This document shows, one piece after another, positions 11,255-23,675 of a DNA stretch of 49,198 nt (position 1 is the stretch's first letter; each line of letters begins with the position of its first letter). The stretch is from Chiloscyllium plagiosum (Eukaryota). Where the stretch lies: contig NC_057719.1 of assembly GCF_004010195.1 (NCBI RefSeq), positions 56,510,192 through 56,559,389 on the forward strand, given 5' to 3'. Both the position numbers and the translations under genes were made by a program. A model generated the notes under the pieces. It saw only the letters and a program-made list of their open reading frames with translations, had not been told where the DNA came from and did not search any database.

Positions 11255-11545
11255 GGGGAGGCGATGGCCTAGCAGTATTATCGCTGGACTGTAAATCCAG
11301 CGACCCAGGTAATTTTCAACCCAGGTCCTAATACTGCCAAAGCAAATGTTGGAATTTGATCCCAGTGTAAAATCTGAAATAAAGAGTCTAATTATAACAT
11401 TGTCAATTGTCATAACAACCCATCTGAGTTCACTAATGTCTAAGGAAACTGCTATTCTCACCTGGTCTACATGCACCTCCAGGTGAATTAGGCATGTACA
11501 ATAAATATGGCCTAGACAGCGATACCCTCTTCCTGTGAATGACTT
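11255..11545 (+). mobile_element. tRNA-derived SINE, second family (degenerate)
   Basis: tRNA-like head ggggaggcgatggcctagcagtattatcgctggactg. The tail (caataaatatggcctagacagcg) resembles the 3' end of the LINE at 42095-43330. Confidence 0.6.
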
Positions 11546-12408
11546 GAACTAATATTCACATCAAACAAGTGCCATTGGTGGTTATTACTAAAAATAAAAA
11601 TTCCAATTACCTTCTTCCAATTTTAACCTCACTCACTACTGATGAGACACTTAGCGAGATTAGTCATGTCATATAGGAAAAGAATGAGTATTCTAAGGGC
11701 TTATGTAACAGCGAATGCAACATCATACACCAACTCGGCATCATTCCATATAAAATACATTGCATGATTGTGGACCCTTCCCCAACATTGTACTCAACAT
11801 CGTACCCCTTCTATCACCCACACAAGACGGCAGTACATGAGCATTTACATATACATTGCATTAAAGGTAATTTGACTGCAATTGCCTTGCCAAGAAAGCC
11901 GGAACAATAATGATATGAGACTTAGACAAACATCTATTATCATCTTAGGGCAACATCCTGAGGCAAAATAAATGTTATAAACACTAAGTCTTTGACTTTG
12001 ATTTAGGCTCTGTTACAAGGTGTAGTTGCACTGCAGCTAAGAGAGTTGATTACAACAGTTGAAAGAAAAGTAAAAGAAAAATGTATTTCATATTGGAATG
12101 GAATCAAATTTTCTCTTGGGTGCACTATCCCAAAACCAATGAACATGTGTGTGATAAAGCTTTTAGCAGTGTTAAATGAAAAAAAAGCATGAGCTGTTTG
12201 TTACCAGTGGGTGTGTAAACGTTCGACATTCGGTGCTTTCTAGATGCTGTCTTTGCAAGTTTCATAACTTCCTAAGTAACGTTGCAATAGTGCACAGATC
12301 AATTCAAAAGAATAGAAGTAATTCTACATCTGTGATGGGGATTCACAATGTTTTGTGTATTATATAACAAACTACCTTGATAGTGTGTAACATGTTTTTT
12401 CAATTCAG

Positions 12409-12557
12409 CTTCTTGATGTCGTTTCTTACCTTGCAAATCGAAACATGAGACTTCTCGTACTTGGACGTAAGCATATGCTGAGAGGAACACGTAGCTGGAA
12501 CAAAGGTCATATGGCTGACATACAGAAGTATGCTGACTGCTTCTTCACAGAAAATAT
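12409..12557 (+). CDS. PRORP: PRORP (KIAA0391/MRPP3) coding exon, third from last (human exon 6 equivalent)
   Basis: ttcag|...|gtaagt, 149 nt, [49 protein letters not shown](I). Matches the PRORP NYN-domain segment [10 protein letters not shown]; phase is compatible with the next exon. Confidence 0.93.
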
Positions 12558-12992
12558 GTAAGTTGAAGGAGGATTTTTCATGTAATAAGCAAATAAGAAA
12601 GCTCACGTCAATGCTTTCATTGCCATTTTTTGAAAAAATGAATACTTTTGACAGGAAAGAAGGGTAGAGAATAATCGTTTGGATCCTTCAAGCCTACCTC
12701 ATCTGGATATGATATAGCTACAGATTTATAGGATCATCACATGGGAGAGGAACAGACCATAGTAAAACTACTCCAGTTGTACATTGTGACTTAGTATCAT
12801 TCTCCTGCCTTTTTCTCATACACGTGTACATTATTTCTACTTAAATAATTATCAAATGCCCACATGAATGCCTCAATTGAACTTAATTACCCTTAACAAT
12901 ATACCTAATAGCAAATGTACAATACTGTGTTGATGTGATATAAATTACATTGTAATTTTTTCTTAATCTAAAAGTTAATTATGCCCTCCTAT

Positions 12993-13295
12993 GGCAGCAT
13001 GGTGGCACAGTGGTTAGCACTGCTGCCTCACAGCGCCAGAAACCCGAGTTCAGTTCCCATCTTGGGCAACTGTGTGTGGAGTTTGCACATTCTCCCCGTG
13101 TCTGCGTGGGTTTCCTCCCACAGTCCAAAGATGTGCAGGTCAGGTGAATTGGCCATGCAAAATTGCCTATAATGTTAGGTGAAGGGGTAAATGTAGGAGA
13201 ATGGGTCTGGGTGGGTTGCTCTTTGGAGGGTCGGTGTGAACTTGTTGGGCCGAAGGGCCTGTTTCCTCACTGTAGATAATCTAATCTAATCTAAT
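12993..13295 (+). mobile_element. HE1-like (V-SINE type) shark SINE
   Basis: tRNA-like head ggtggcacagtggttagcactgctgcctcacagcgcc, V-domain tgtgtggagtttgcacattctccccgtgtctgc, (TAATC)n tail. Confidence 0.9.
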
Positions 13296-13479
13296 GTGCA
13301 GCATCAGTCATAACACAGCCTTATCAAATTCTACCTGTGACTAGGCACAGTTCGCCCACTCCCAAGCAATGTTTACAATCCTTTAACAACAAGATTTCAG
13401 TCAATTTTATCTCCCACCTGTAAAGTCAGCATAATGTTTTATAACTAATATCTAAAAAGAGACATGAGTTACTGTACCA

Positions 13480-13730
13480 TTGAGGCAGCTAAGTAATTTG
13501 AATTCAATGAAATTAAATAAAGTCTGTAATTAAAGGTTAGTATCAATAATGGTGATAACAAGCTATCATTATTAAAAAGTTCCATTTAGTTGACCTGAGG
13601 AAAGAAGACCCACCATCCTTATCTGGTCGGGATGATTCAAAATCTACAGCGATCAGTTGACTCTTAACTGCCCTTTGAAGTAACGTAGCAAGCCACTGGC
13701 TGATATTCAGAATGCTGACTCACCATCATT
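13480..13730 (+). mobile_element. Degenerate copy of the second SINE family
   Basis: Shares segments with 11255-11545 (aatttgaattcaat, catccttatctggtc). Confidence 0.45.
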
Positions 13731-14040
13731 ATTAGATTACTTTACAATGTGGAAACAGGCCCTTTGGCCCAACAATGCCACACCGACCCGCCGAAGCGCA
13801 AACCACCCATACCCCTACATTTACCCCTTACCTAACACTACGGACAATTTAGCATGGCCAATTCACCTGACCTGCACATCTTTGGACTGTGGGAGGAAAC
13901 CGGAGCACCCGGAGGAAACCCACACAGACACGGGGAGAATGTGCAAACTCCACACAGTCAGTCGCCTGTGGCGGGAAAATGAACCCAGGTCTCTGGCGCT
14001 GTGAGGCAGCAGTGCTAACCACTGTGCCACCGTGCCGCCC
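13731..14040 (-). mobile_element. HE1-like SINE, full length
   Basis: Reverse complement of the 12993-13295 family. Confidence 0.92.
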
Positions 14041-14626
14041 AAGAGTAATTAAGATGAAGAGTATGTGTTGGCTTTTTCAGTGATGTTAAAATGTGATTTT
14101 GTTTTAAATATACTGAATAGTTTTCTTGAGTGCTTTCCTTAGTATGTTTAATAAGGAAATAATTGTAAACAGTGTTACTAAATAATTTTGCCTTCCCACC
14201 CTCTAAATTTGGCATCCCATTATCAAAACAAATATTGAGTGGGCACTTACCAACTGCTATGATTAAAAAAGAAATCATAATCTGATTTTCTTGCATTCTG
14301 ATTGGAGGTGGTCATTTCATAACAGATGACATAAACCAATTTTCCATCAAGCAATATTTCCAATTTTGCTGTAGTTATATTTTTAGCAACAAATACGATC
14401 AAGGATGGAGTTTATGCAAAATTAATAGCTCTTAAGTTAAATACGTGTATAAGTTGGAACAAAATAAATGTATTAATGACACAGTATTGGTTGGTGAGTA
14501 AGATCTTATAGCCATTAGGGAGATATGTCTACAAGGAGGTCAAAACTATAAATTAAATAAACAGGAGTATGTGACTTTTCAAAATGACAAGGAGAAAGGA
14601 AAGTGTGTTGGGTGGCTGTGTTAATA

Positions 14627-14837
14627 CAGTCATCCGTCCGTATCTGCAATGTTTCTGTTCCTGAGTACTCACTCAAATGATAAAATTCACAATTGTGAAG
14701 CTCATTAAAAGTAGGTTAAAGTTGTTAAAAGATTCATAGATATGTGATTTTTGCCCACGGGTGTTGATTTTGTTAATACTTTGGTACTTATTCTTGGAGA
14801 AGATAGGCAAATTCGTGATTTTGCAGAGGATTTATTA
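14627..14837. mobile_element. Possible decayed Tigger/pogo-like MITE
   Basis: TA-bounded interruption of the CR1 beginning CAGTCATCCGTCCGTATC; the right TIR is weak. Confidence 0.35.
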
Positions 14838-15192
14838 TACGAGATGGAATAAGTACAATAGCAAGAAATTATCTTGGATCAGATGATGTAGTATCCACAT
14901 GGATATAGTAAGAATAGGGAAGAAGACATTGGTGGGAATGATCTATAGGCCTTCTAACAGAAACTGTACTGTAGGACAGAGAATGAAGCATGAGATAATG
15001 AGGACATGTAAAATAAGTCAGTACACTAATCATGGATGATTTTAATCTTTATTTAGATTAGGCAAAGGTATCGACGGGAAAGAACTCAGTGTTTCCTGGA
15101 ACAAATTGTTGTGGATTCAACCAGGGATCAGGCTATTTACACAATACAAGATCCTAACGAGGCAGTTTTAATAAATGGTCTCAGAGTAAGAG

Positions 15193-16366
15193 AATTGAAT
15201 TGATTGTCACATGTACCAAGGCACAGTGAAAAGCTTTCTCTTGTGAGCAATACAGGCAGATCACAGAGTTAAGTAGCATAGATAGTAAATAATAGGTAGA
15301 CAGCAGCAAAAGCAAAAACATAGGTACATGCGAATGTTAAGAATTTGAGAGTCCATTCAGTATTCTAACAACAGTAGGATAGAAACTGTTATGAAACTGG
15401 CTGGTGCATGTGTTTAGGCTTCTGTGCCTTCTCTCCGATGGTAGAGGTTGTAGAAAAGCATTGCCAGGATGGGATGGATCTTTGAGAATGCTGGCGGCCT
15501 TTCCTTGATAGCAGGCCTGGTGGATGGATTCTATAGATAGGAGGTTGGCCTTTGTGATTGTCCAGGCCAAGTTCACCACTCTCTGTTACCGTTTCTAATC
15601 TTGAATGGTACAGTTGCCATGCCAGGTAGTGATAGATCCAGACACAATGCTCTCAATGTTGCTCCTATAAAAGTTGGCAAGAGTATTCGCTGTCATGCCA
15701 AATTTCCTCAGCTGCCTGAGGAAGAAGAGACGTTGTTGGGCCTTTGTAACCAGTCCGTCCACATGAAGAGTCCAAGAAAGCTTGTTGTGGATGACCATTC
15801 CAGGGAGCTTGACACTCTCCACTCGTTCCACCTGTGTGCTGTTAATGTGTAGGGGGGCATGAGTAACATCCCGCTGAAAATCAATAATGAGTTCCTTGGT
15901 TTTGCCAGCATTGAGAGCTAGGTTGTTCTCAGTGCACCATATTTCCAGGTCTTCCACCTCCCATCTGTAGTCTGTTTGGTTGCCATCTGAGTTTCAACAG
16001 ACTATGATGGTGTCATCAACGAACTTGTAAGTGGCATTAAATTAGATTACATTACAGTGTGGAAACAGGCCCTTCGGCCCAACAAGTCCACACCGACCCG
16101 CCGAAGCGAACTCACCCATACCCCTACATTTACCCCTTACCTAACACTACGGGCAATTTAGTATGGCCAATTCACCTGACCTGCACATCTTTGGACTGTG
16201 GGAGGAAACCGGAGCACCCGGAGGAAACCCACGCAGACACGGGGAGAACGTGCAAACTCCACACAGTCAGTCGCCTGAGGCGGGAATTGAACCCGGGTCT
16301 CTGGCGCTGTGAGGCAACAGTGCTAACCACTGTGCCACCGTGCCGCCCCATTAGTCGGGTATTTGG
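15193..16366 (-). mobile_element. Rex1/Babar-like LINE 3' fragment (RT C-terminus and 3' UTR), interrupted by a SINE
   Basis: ORF 15595-15957 WCTENNLALNAGKTKELIIDF...KAQQRLFFLRQLRKFG...IES and 15337-15579 ILKDPSHPG...LPS are typical of Rex1/Babar. Confidence 0.85.
16040..16348 (-). mobile_element. HE1-like SINE, young, with CATTA TSD
   Basis: CpG-rich full-length copy; CATTA at 16035-16039 and 16349-16353. Confidence 0.93.
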
Positions 16367-17096
16367 AGATTCCCTTGGGAACAGTGACCATAATATGATA
16401 GAATTTGCATTCAGTTTGATCGTGAGAAATTTGGGTCAGAAACAATTGTGCTAAACTGAAATAAAAGTAATTATGTAGGAGTGAATGTTAAGTTGACTGG
16501 AGTAGACTCTAAAAGGATAAAACTATTTAGGGTCAATGGCATACCTTTAAGAAAATAGTTCATGATTCACCCTAAAGGTGTACCCTCGTGAGAAATAAAG
16601 CACTCTCAAAAGAGGACAAACTGACCACAGTTAACCAAGGAAGTTAAGTATACTATCAAATGGACAACATGGCAAAAACATTAGGTAAGAATGCAATTGG
16701 TGAGAATGACACAAGAGTCTATAGAGGGATATAGACAGTTTAAGTGAGTGGATAAAAACCTGGCAGTTGGAATATAATGTGGGAAAATATGCATTTTAGC
16801 AGGAAAAACGTAAGAGCTGCTGAATATTATTTAAATAAGGAAAGAATACAGAATGCTGCAGCACACAGGGATTTGTGGCTGCTTGTGCAAGAAGAACAAA
16901 AAGCTAGCATATAAATTCTGCAGGTAACAGAATGCAAATCAAGTATCACCCTTTATTTCAAAGGGAATGAAGCATTAAAATATGGAGGTCATGCCGATAA
17001 AAGGCACGAATCGGACGATATCTGGAATACAGTGAGTAGTTTTGGCCTCCTGAACTAAAACATATATACCGCATTGGAGGCAGTCCAGGAAAGGTT

Positions 17097-17212
17097 GAAA
17101 AATGTATTGCTGGAAAAGCGCAGCAGGTCAGGCAGCATTCAAGGAGCAGGAGAATCGACGTTTCGGGCATAAGCCCTGAAGATTCCAGCATCTGCAGTCC
17201 TCACTTTCTCCT
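17097..17212. mobile_element. Penelope-terminus micro-insertion with internal inversion and 15-bp TSD
   Basis: AGTCCAGGAAAGGTT duplicated at 17082-17096 and 17213-17227; insert is homologous to 36339-36561. Confidence 0.85.
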
Positions 17213-18879
17213 AGTCCAGGAAAGGTTCACGGGGTTGATTTGTTTATGGAGAGATTTTCTTATGAGGACAGATTGAGTTGGTTGGGCTTGTTCTTAATGG
17301 AGTTTAGAATGAGATTATCGAAATATATTAGATTGACAAGGTAGATGCAAATAGTTTGTTTCTCCTTTTGGGAGATTGTAGAAACAGAGGGCATAATCTC
17401 AGAGTAAGGGAGCACCCATTTAAGAATGAGATCAAAAGTATTCTTTCCTCTGAGGGAATCTGTGGAATTCTTTGCTGGCCAGTGGTGTCAACACTGAGTT
17501 GTTAAGTATATTAAAGGCTAAGGGAGACAGATTTTTAATCAGGGAGAGAATTGAGAATTATGGGAGTAAGGCAGGAAATGTGACGATTATCAGATTAGCT
17601 GTGATCTCATTGAATAGCGAAGCAGACTCCACTGCCAAATAGTCTGCTTGTGCTCCTATGTCTTATGATATTCTCTTCTTTGTAACCTAAGGTCTGTGTC
17701 CTCCTTTTAACAAATAAAGGTATGTTTTTTTCTCTTTTGTGACACAACCTCCTCTTCCTCCTCCTTCTCACTTTATCGTTTTTCCATTTTATTTGGAGTC
17801 ACCACAATGTTAGATGATCAAACTCTGCCACCTCTTCCTGTCAGCCATTCATTCTTTTTTCAGTTCTGATGATTTTTTTTCCGGTACATTCTTCATTGGG
17901 TCTTAAATCATCCTCATCCTCTTCCTGTCACTTGCCTTACCATATGTCCTGTCTCTACAATATTTGACCACACCATTTCAATCCCTTCATGACGACTGTC
18001 TTCACTGCTGCCACAATGTTCATTAATCTCCTGATTTTGTTCTTTCTCATCACTCCACACCACCTCACTATTCAATATCTCATTAGTATCCAGTCATTGT
18101 TCCTCTCTCCTTAATGTTACCCAGATTTCTGTATTACACAACAGTTCCAAAACTGTAGATTCTTCCTTTCTCTTACTTTTACTTTCTATTACTTTTTTAT
18201 ATGCTTTCTTACTTCATAATACCCCATTGCATTACTTCCAATCACTGCAACCACATTTAATCTGTTGCCTAATTTCCACTTTCATCCTGTGGCACCACTG
18301 ACTCTAGGTACTTTAAACTACTGATTTTCTCCAAATCTGCACCCATAAACTTATTCCTTCACCCTAATCTTCTTCCCTAAGCTTTTATGATAAAACATAT
18401 TCTTTTAAGTCATCTGAATTCTTTTAACTACACTTGCATCCAACTAAGTTTTAAGAGATATTTATATTTTATTAAGGAATTATGTGCTCTGTCCACTATT
18501 TATTTCTGATACTCTCTTCAATAGCATAAAAATATTTCAAAGAAATTTGTTAGCTTTGGGCTAGGGACCAGTAACTTTAATTTTAAAGTTGACAAAGTGA
18601 GAGATCCAGGAGATATACCAACAGAATAAAGCCACAAGATTCCATGGATTTGAACAAATCACAATAGACTTTAATTGACAGTGTGAAAACACAAATACAG
18701 CATCTATTCTAGCACCCAGAATTAAGCGTGTTATTTATGTGGGTAATGAAGTGATCAAATGCCCCACCGCATACATCAAATTGCAGATATACTCAAGACA
18801 GATCCCACGGACTTCTCAGCAATTCCCCTCGTTTTTAATGGTGTGATAAGTCAGCAAGTCTCATTAGACATCACAAGAG

Positions 18880-19100
18880 TTCATCATTTTTCACTTTTAC
18901 CAATCTGGTTTTGATCCTCCCTGTCAAGAACTTCTCAACTAATAGATTGAGGAAAGGGAGTTCATTTGATTCTATTTCAATGATAAATTTGAGCACAAGA
19001 TAGAGTTTATTGAGGTTTGCAAGCAAATTATTTGATCTGTCACAGACTTCCTCAATATCTGCTGCCATTCTGGTTAATTTTTTGAGACTGTTTTCCCATG
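18880..19100 (-). mobile_element. Decayed Penelope-like RT fragment
   Basis: NLNKLYLVLKFIIEIESNELPFLNLLV resembles the PLE RT motif LN...IKFTxExE...LPFLD. Confidence 0.55.
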
Positions 19101-19387
19101 GACTGTGAAACTGCATCGCTATACTTACTCACAAATATGATTCATGCTCTTCTCGAATGGCTTGCTTCACTGAGTCAGACCTGCACCTGGGTTTTTCCCC
19201 AACAAACTCTAATCTTGTTCTGTTTCATCAGCAAATACTGCTTTCAATACCCACCCTCTCAGCTGAAGAGAAATATGCAGAAATTGATAGACAGCTGATG
19301 TCCAACAGCGCAAAGCCACCATTTGCTGTTGTGTCCTCACTGAGGCCACTAGACTGAATGTCTGTATTTCAAATACCTTCCTGGCAG

Positions 19388-20472
19388 TATAGAGTCATAG
19401 AGATGTACAGCATGGAAACAGACCCTTCGGTCCAACCTGTCCGTGCCCACCAGATATCCCAACCCAATCTAGTCCCACCTGCCAGCACCCGGCCCATATC
19501 CCTCCAAGCCCTTCCTATTCATATACCCATCCAAATGCCTCTTAAATGTTGCAAGTGTACTAGCCTCCACTACTTCCTCTGGCAGCTCATTCCATACACG
19601 TACCACCCTCTGCATGAAAAAGTTGTCCCTTAGGTCTCTTTTATATCTTTCCCCTCTCACCCTAAACCTATGCCCTCTAGTTCTGGACTCCTCCACCCCA
19701 GGGAAAAGACTTTGTCTATTTATCCTATCCATGCTCTTCATAATTTTGTAAACCTCTATAAGATCACCCATCAGCCTCCGACGCTTCAGGGAAAACAGCC
19801 CCATGCCTATTCAGCCTCTCCATATAGCTCAAATCCTCCAACCCTGGCAACATACTTGTAAATCTTTTCTGCATCCTTTCAAGTTTCACAACATCTTTCC
19901 GATAAAAAGGAGACCAGAATTGCACGCAATATTCCAGCAGTGGCCTAACAAATGTCCTGTACAGCCACAACCCCTAGGACCTTACCATTAAGTGCTGCTA
20001 AGATTTGCTTTCCCTCGCATTTATCTGAATTAAACTCCATCTGCCACTTCTCAGCCCATTGGCCCATCTGGTCAAGATCCTGTTGTAATCTGAGGTAACC
20101 CTCTTTGCTGTCTACTACACCCCCAATTTTGGTGTCAGCTGCAAACTTACTAACTGTACCTCTTATGCTCGCATCCAAATCATTTATGTAAATGGCAAAA
20201 AGTCGAGGACCCAGCACCAATCATTGTGGCACTCCACTGGTCACAGGTCCCAGTCTGAAAATCAACCCTCTACCACCACCCTCTGTCTTCTACCTTCGAG
20301 GCAGTTCTGTATCCAAATGGCTAGTTCTCCCAGTATTCCATGAGATCTAACCTTGCTAATCAGTCTCCCATGGGGAACCTTGTCGAACGCCTTACTGAAG
20401 TCCATGTAGATCACATCTACTGCTCTGCCCTCATCAATCCTCTTTGTTGCTTCTTCAAAAAAAACTCAGTCA
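19388..20472 (-). mobile_element. CR1 LINE, 5'-truncated (RT and 3' UTR)
   Basis: VLGPRLFAIYINDLD...SKFAADTKIGG, RPLLEYCVQFWSP, GDLIEVYKIM, short repeat tail. Confidence 0.93.
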
Positions 20473-21104
20473 CTGTCAATAATAGCAGCACTCCTAATAT
20501 GGAGTTTCTCTATCTATTTATCTTTCTCTTTCTCTCCCTCTCTCCTTCTCCCCCCTCTGTGCCTCTCTCTGACCCCCTTAATCACAGCCTGTAATCTTTG
20601 GACTCCTCTAGCTCATTCTCTCACATTCTCTCTCTCGCTCTGTCTCTCACTCTGTTTCTCCCTTTCTCTATGTATCCCCCCCTGTCTCTCTCTCTTTCTC
20701 TGTCTATGTCTCACTTGCTCCAGGATTCAATGTTGCCACCTCAGAAATCTTGAAATTATCTGTTCCATAAACGTTACTAGGTTGATTAATTGCTTGGTGG
20801 TACAGAATTTAAGCATTGCCAAAAGGAGACAAACAGTTGAATCCACAACTGCCTTAAGTAATTTATTTATACAGCTTAATAAGCTCCATCGTGTGCTCAA
20901 ATATACCATTTGAAATTGATATATTAAATGTGCTCTCCCTTTCCTCAATGTCTATCAGTTGTGAAGTCAGCCAATGGATTCTCTACTGCTATTTATTTAA
21001 TGCCAGTGATAATTGGTCAGTCCATACATTAGGATTCCTATGTTCCACATGCTACAAGATCAATCTTATTGACAGTCTCCTACACTGCCTTACAGAGCCA
21101 GAAG

Positions 21105-21340
21105 GCTGTGTGGAGTTCCCATGTCTACACGCTCAAGTTTCCTGCCAGAGTCCAAAGATGTGCAGGTTAGATGGATTAGCCATGCTAAATAGTGTCCCGA
21201 TATGTGTACACTAGTCGTGGTAAATGTGCAGTTATGGGGTACAGCAGGGTCCTAGGTCTGGGTGAGAAACTCCTTGGAGGTCAGTGTGAACTCGATGAGC
21301 TGAATGGTCTCCTTCTGCATAGTAGGGATTCTATGATTCT
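21105..21340 (+). mobile_element. Degenerate HE1-like SINE
   Basis: gtccaaagatgtgcaggttagatggattagccatgctaaat; tail ctgcatagtagggattctatgattct. Confidence 0.7.
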
Positions 21341-23675
21341 TGAATAGGAACCTAGCCATCTGCTCGCCATGTTAGCTTGACACTGAGATAGGGCATATGA
21401 AAGCCTCTCTTGTGTGATAATGGATACCTTGATCATTTGCTCTGTATTGTGATAACTCAGGAAAAGGCCCAAGTCCACTATATTTGGAGCTGAGCAGTAC
21501 CCAAGTCCACCTCAGGTAACCTGGAAGGGCAAGGTGTCTTAAAAACCTGAACAACAAATATAGCTAGCTATCTCACTATTCTACTATATGTAGTAAATCC
21601 ACAAGTGTTTTTTCTCAACTGAGATAGGTAGAGACAGAGAGAGACTCCACGTTAGAACTGCTGCTGTAAGAATGCTACCGTCAAGCCAAAAAGACACTTT
21701 GCCTACCACGTAAATAAGTAATAAGTTGTACAAGTTTCACTGCTAATGTGATGTCAGATATATGGGTCATACATCCTAATGATTGGCAGATAATTTCAAA
21801 CATCCCAGTGAAAATTTGCTAGTCATGCTCTTCCAGCTTATATTTGCAAGATGTATCCACTGTTAGATGTAGATCCATTATTGAAAATAATTTATTAAAT
21901 AATCCAGACTGTACCAAAAATTACGCCAGAAATGAATATAAGCTCATTGTTTGTGTTCTCAGTGTGATGTTAGAAGCTACTCATTAACATTTGTATTTCA
22001 TGTTTTAGATAGGCAAAATAATGTTTTATAAAAAAGCAGGTTATAGAGACAGCCAATTTCTCTTGCATCCCCATGGCAAAACCATGACCAGTCAGAATCT
22101 ACTTGTCTGGTCTGAGAATTAAGATTGACAATTAATTGGACTTGCAATCCAATATGCTCTAACCAATTAACATCCTCTTCCAATATTTTGCAAAATGTTG
22201 CCACTTTTTCAAGTCTGTTGCATGTGTCTTAGTTCTCATAGGTGCAATCTCAAGCTTTTTTTGTCTCAGATTAGCAATGGGTTCATGCCATAGATTATTG
22301 ACTTGTTCTATAAAAAGTGGATCAAATAGAGAATTTCAGCACATTGAAAAAGACTCTTAATTTGCTTAGTGTTACAATTAGCATGTTTCAGAAAATAATT
22401 GTGTACCAAAGAAATTTAATAGGGTACAAATGCAGTGCAGCAGATGGCACTATTTGGATAGCCCTTACATACAGCTAGCATAGGATGATGAGCAAAATAG
22501 TTTCTTTCAATGAATTTTAGAATTTATACATAGAAAGATGGGAATGTTGTCACTTTTTAAAAGCCCCCTACTTGCCGTCTTACTCATAAACATCTACAAT
22601 GTCCTAGTAAGTCGACAATTTAAATTTTAAAACCCTGTAATTCTTGCATATAATGGATAACTTGTTGAAATTAAAATGGTGAATGACTTTTCGATTCACA
22701 GTATTATTGATGACTGTATTTTGGTCCATTGGTGATTATTATCCGGGGCAAGGATACAAATAATACAAGAAAGAGAAATAAAAATGCAAATCCTTTTCAT
22801 ATGTCCTTACTCAGCAGTTCTCGTATGAATAAAAAGGCTAGGTTGTTACTTATTTAGATCTGCTGTAGATATCTGGTTAAGTTTAGTGTTGTAATTCATT
22901 TCCTAAGTCCTATGATTAATTTTTACTCCAACTACCCAGAGGGGACTTCCTCTGCTTATTATAGCAGTGAGATCATTTAGGTGTGACAATAAAACTATCG
23001 TATGATTTAGACTGGATCTGAATTTCATAAGCATACGTACACTTTTTAATCTCTCTCTAAAGACAGATCAGTATGATTTAAGTGATGTGTTGTTTGCTCC
23101 AATTTATAAGATACTTTTGTTAAGCTTATTGAACACAGAGCATGATAAAGGTTGTTAGGCAGGCTCTTGTGGCATAGGGGTAGTTCCCCTAACTCTGAGC
23201 TAAGGGGTTTAGAGGAATAGGAGTATGATTACAGGCAGTGATTATGGATATCCAAGAGAGAGGGTCGGTGGAGATAGAGAGAGAGATAGTGATAGAGATT
23301 CCATGTTGGGAGTGCTGCTACAAGCTGTACTGCTAGGAAGGTGGTTGAAATACAGACATTCAGTATAGGGGCCCCAGTGAGGAGCCAAAAGCAACTGATG
23401 GCTCTGTGCTGATAGACCTCTGCTGTCTGTCAATTTCTGGAAATTTCACCTCGAGTGTTTGGAGTGAGGACTCAAAAGTAGTCCGAAAAAAGTCATGTTC
23501 TCCGGGCTGGGGTATGCCAGAAGAGGCTCACAGGAAGCCTGCAAGCATTGTTATTTCAGTTCAGCTGAGAAGGTGGGTATTGAAAGCCATATTTGCTGAT
23601 GAAATAGAGCAAGATTAGAGTTTGATGAGGGAAACACTCGGGGGCAGGACTGGCTCAGTAAAGCCCCACCTGCTC

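Larger units (their letters stand above)
14480..17670 (+). mobile_element. Old, heavily deleted CR1 LINE hosting younger insertions
   Basis: Decayed EN segments (IMDDFN, GNSDHNMIEF), RT C-terminal segments (ctggaatacagtgagtagttttgg) and a CR1-like 3' end. Confidence 0.7.

Noticed and set aside
13747..16454. Recurrent ORFs such as LTCTSLDCGRKPEHPEETHADTGR
   Set aside because: Translations of SINE copies, not genes.
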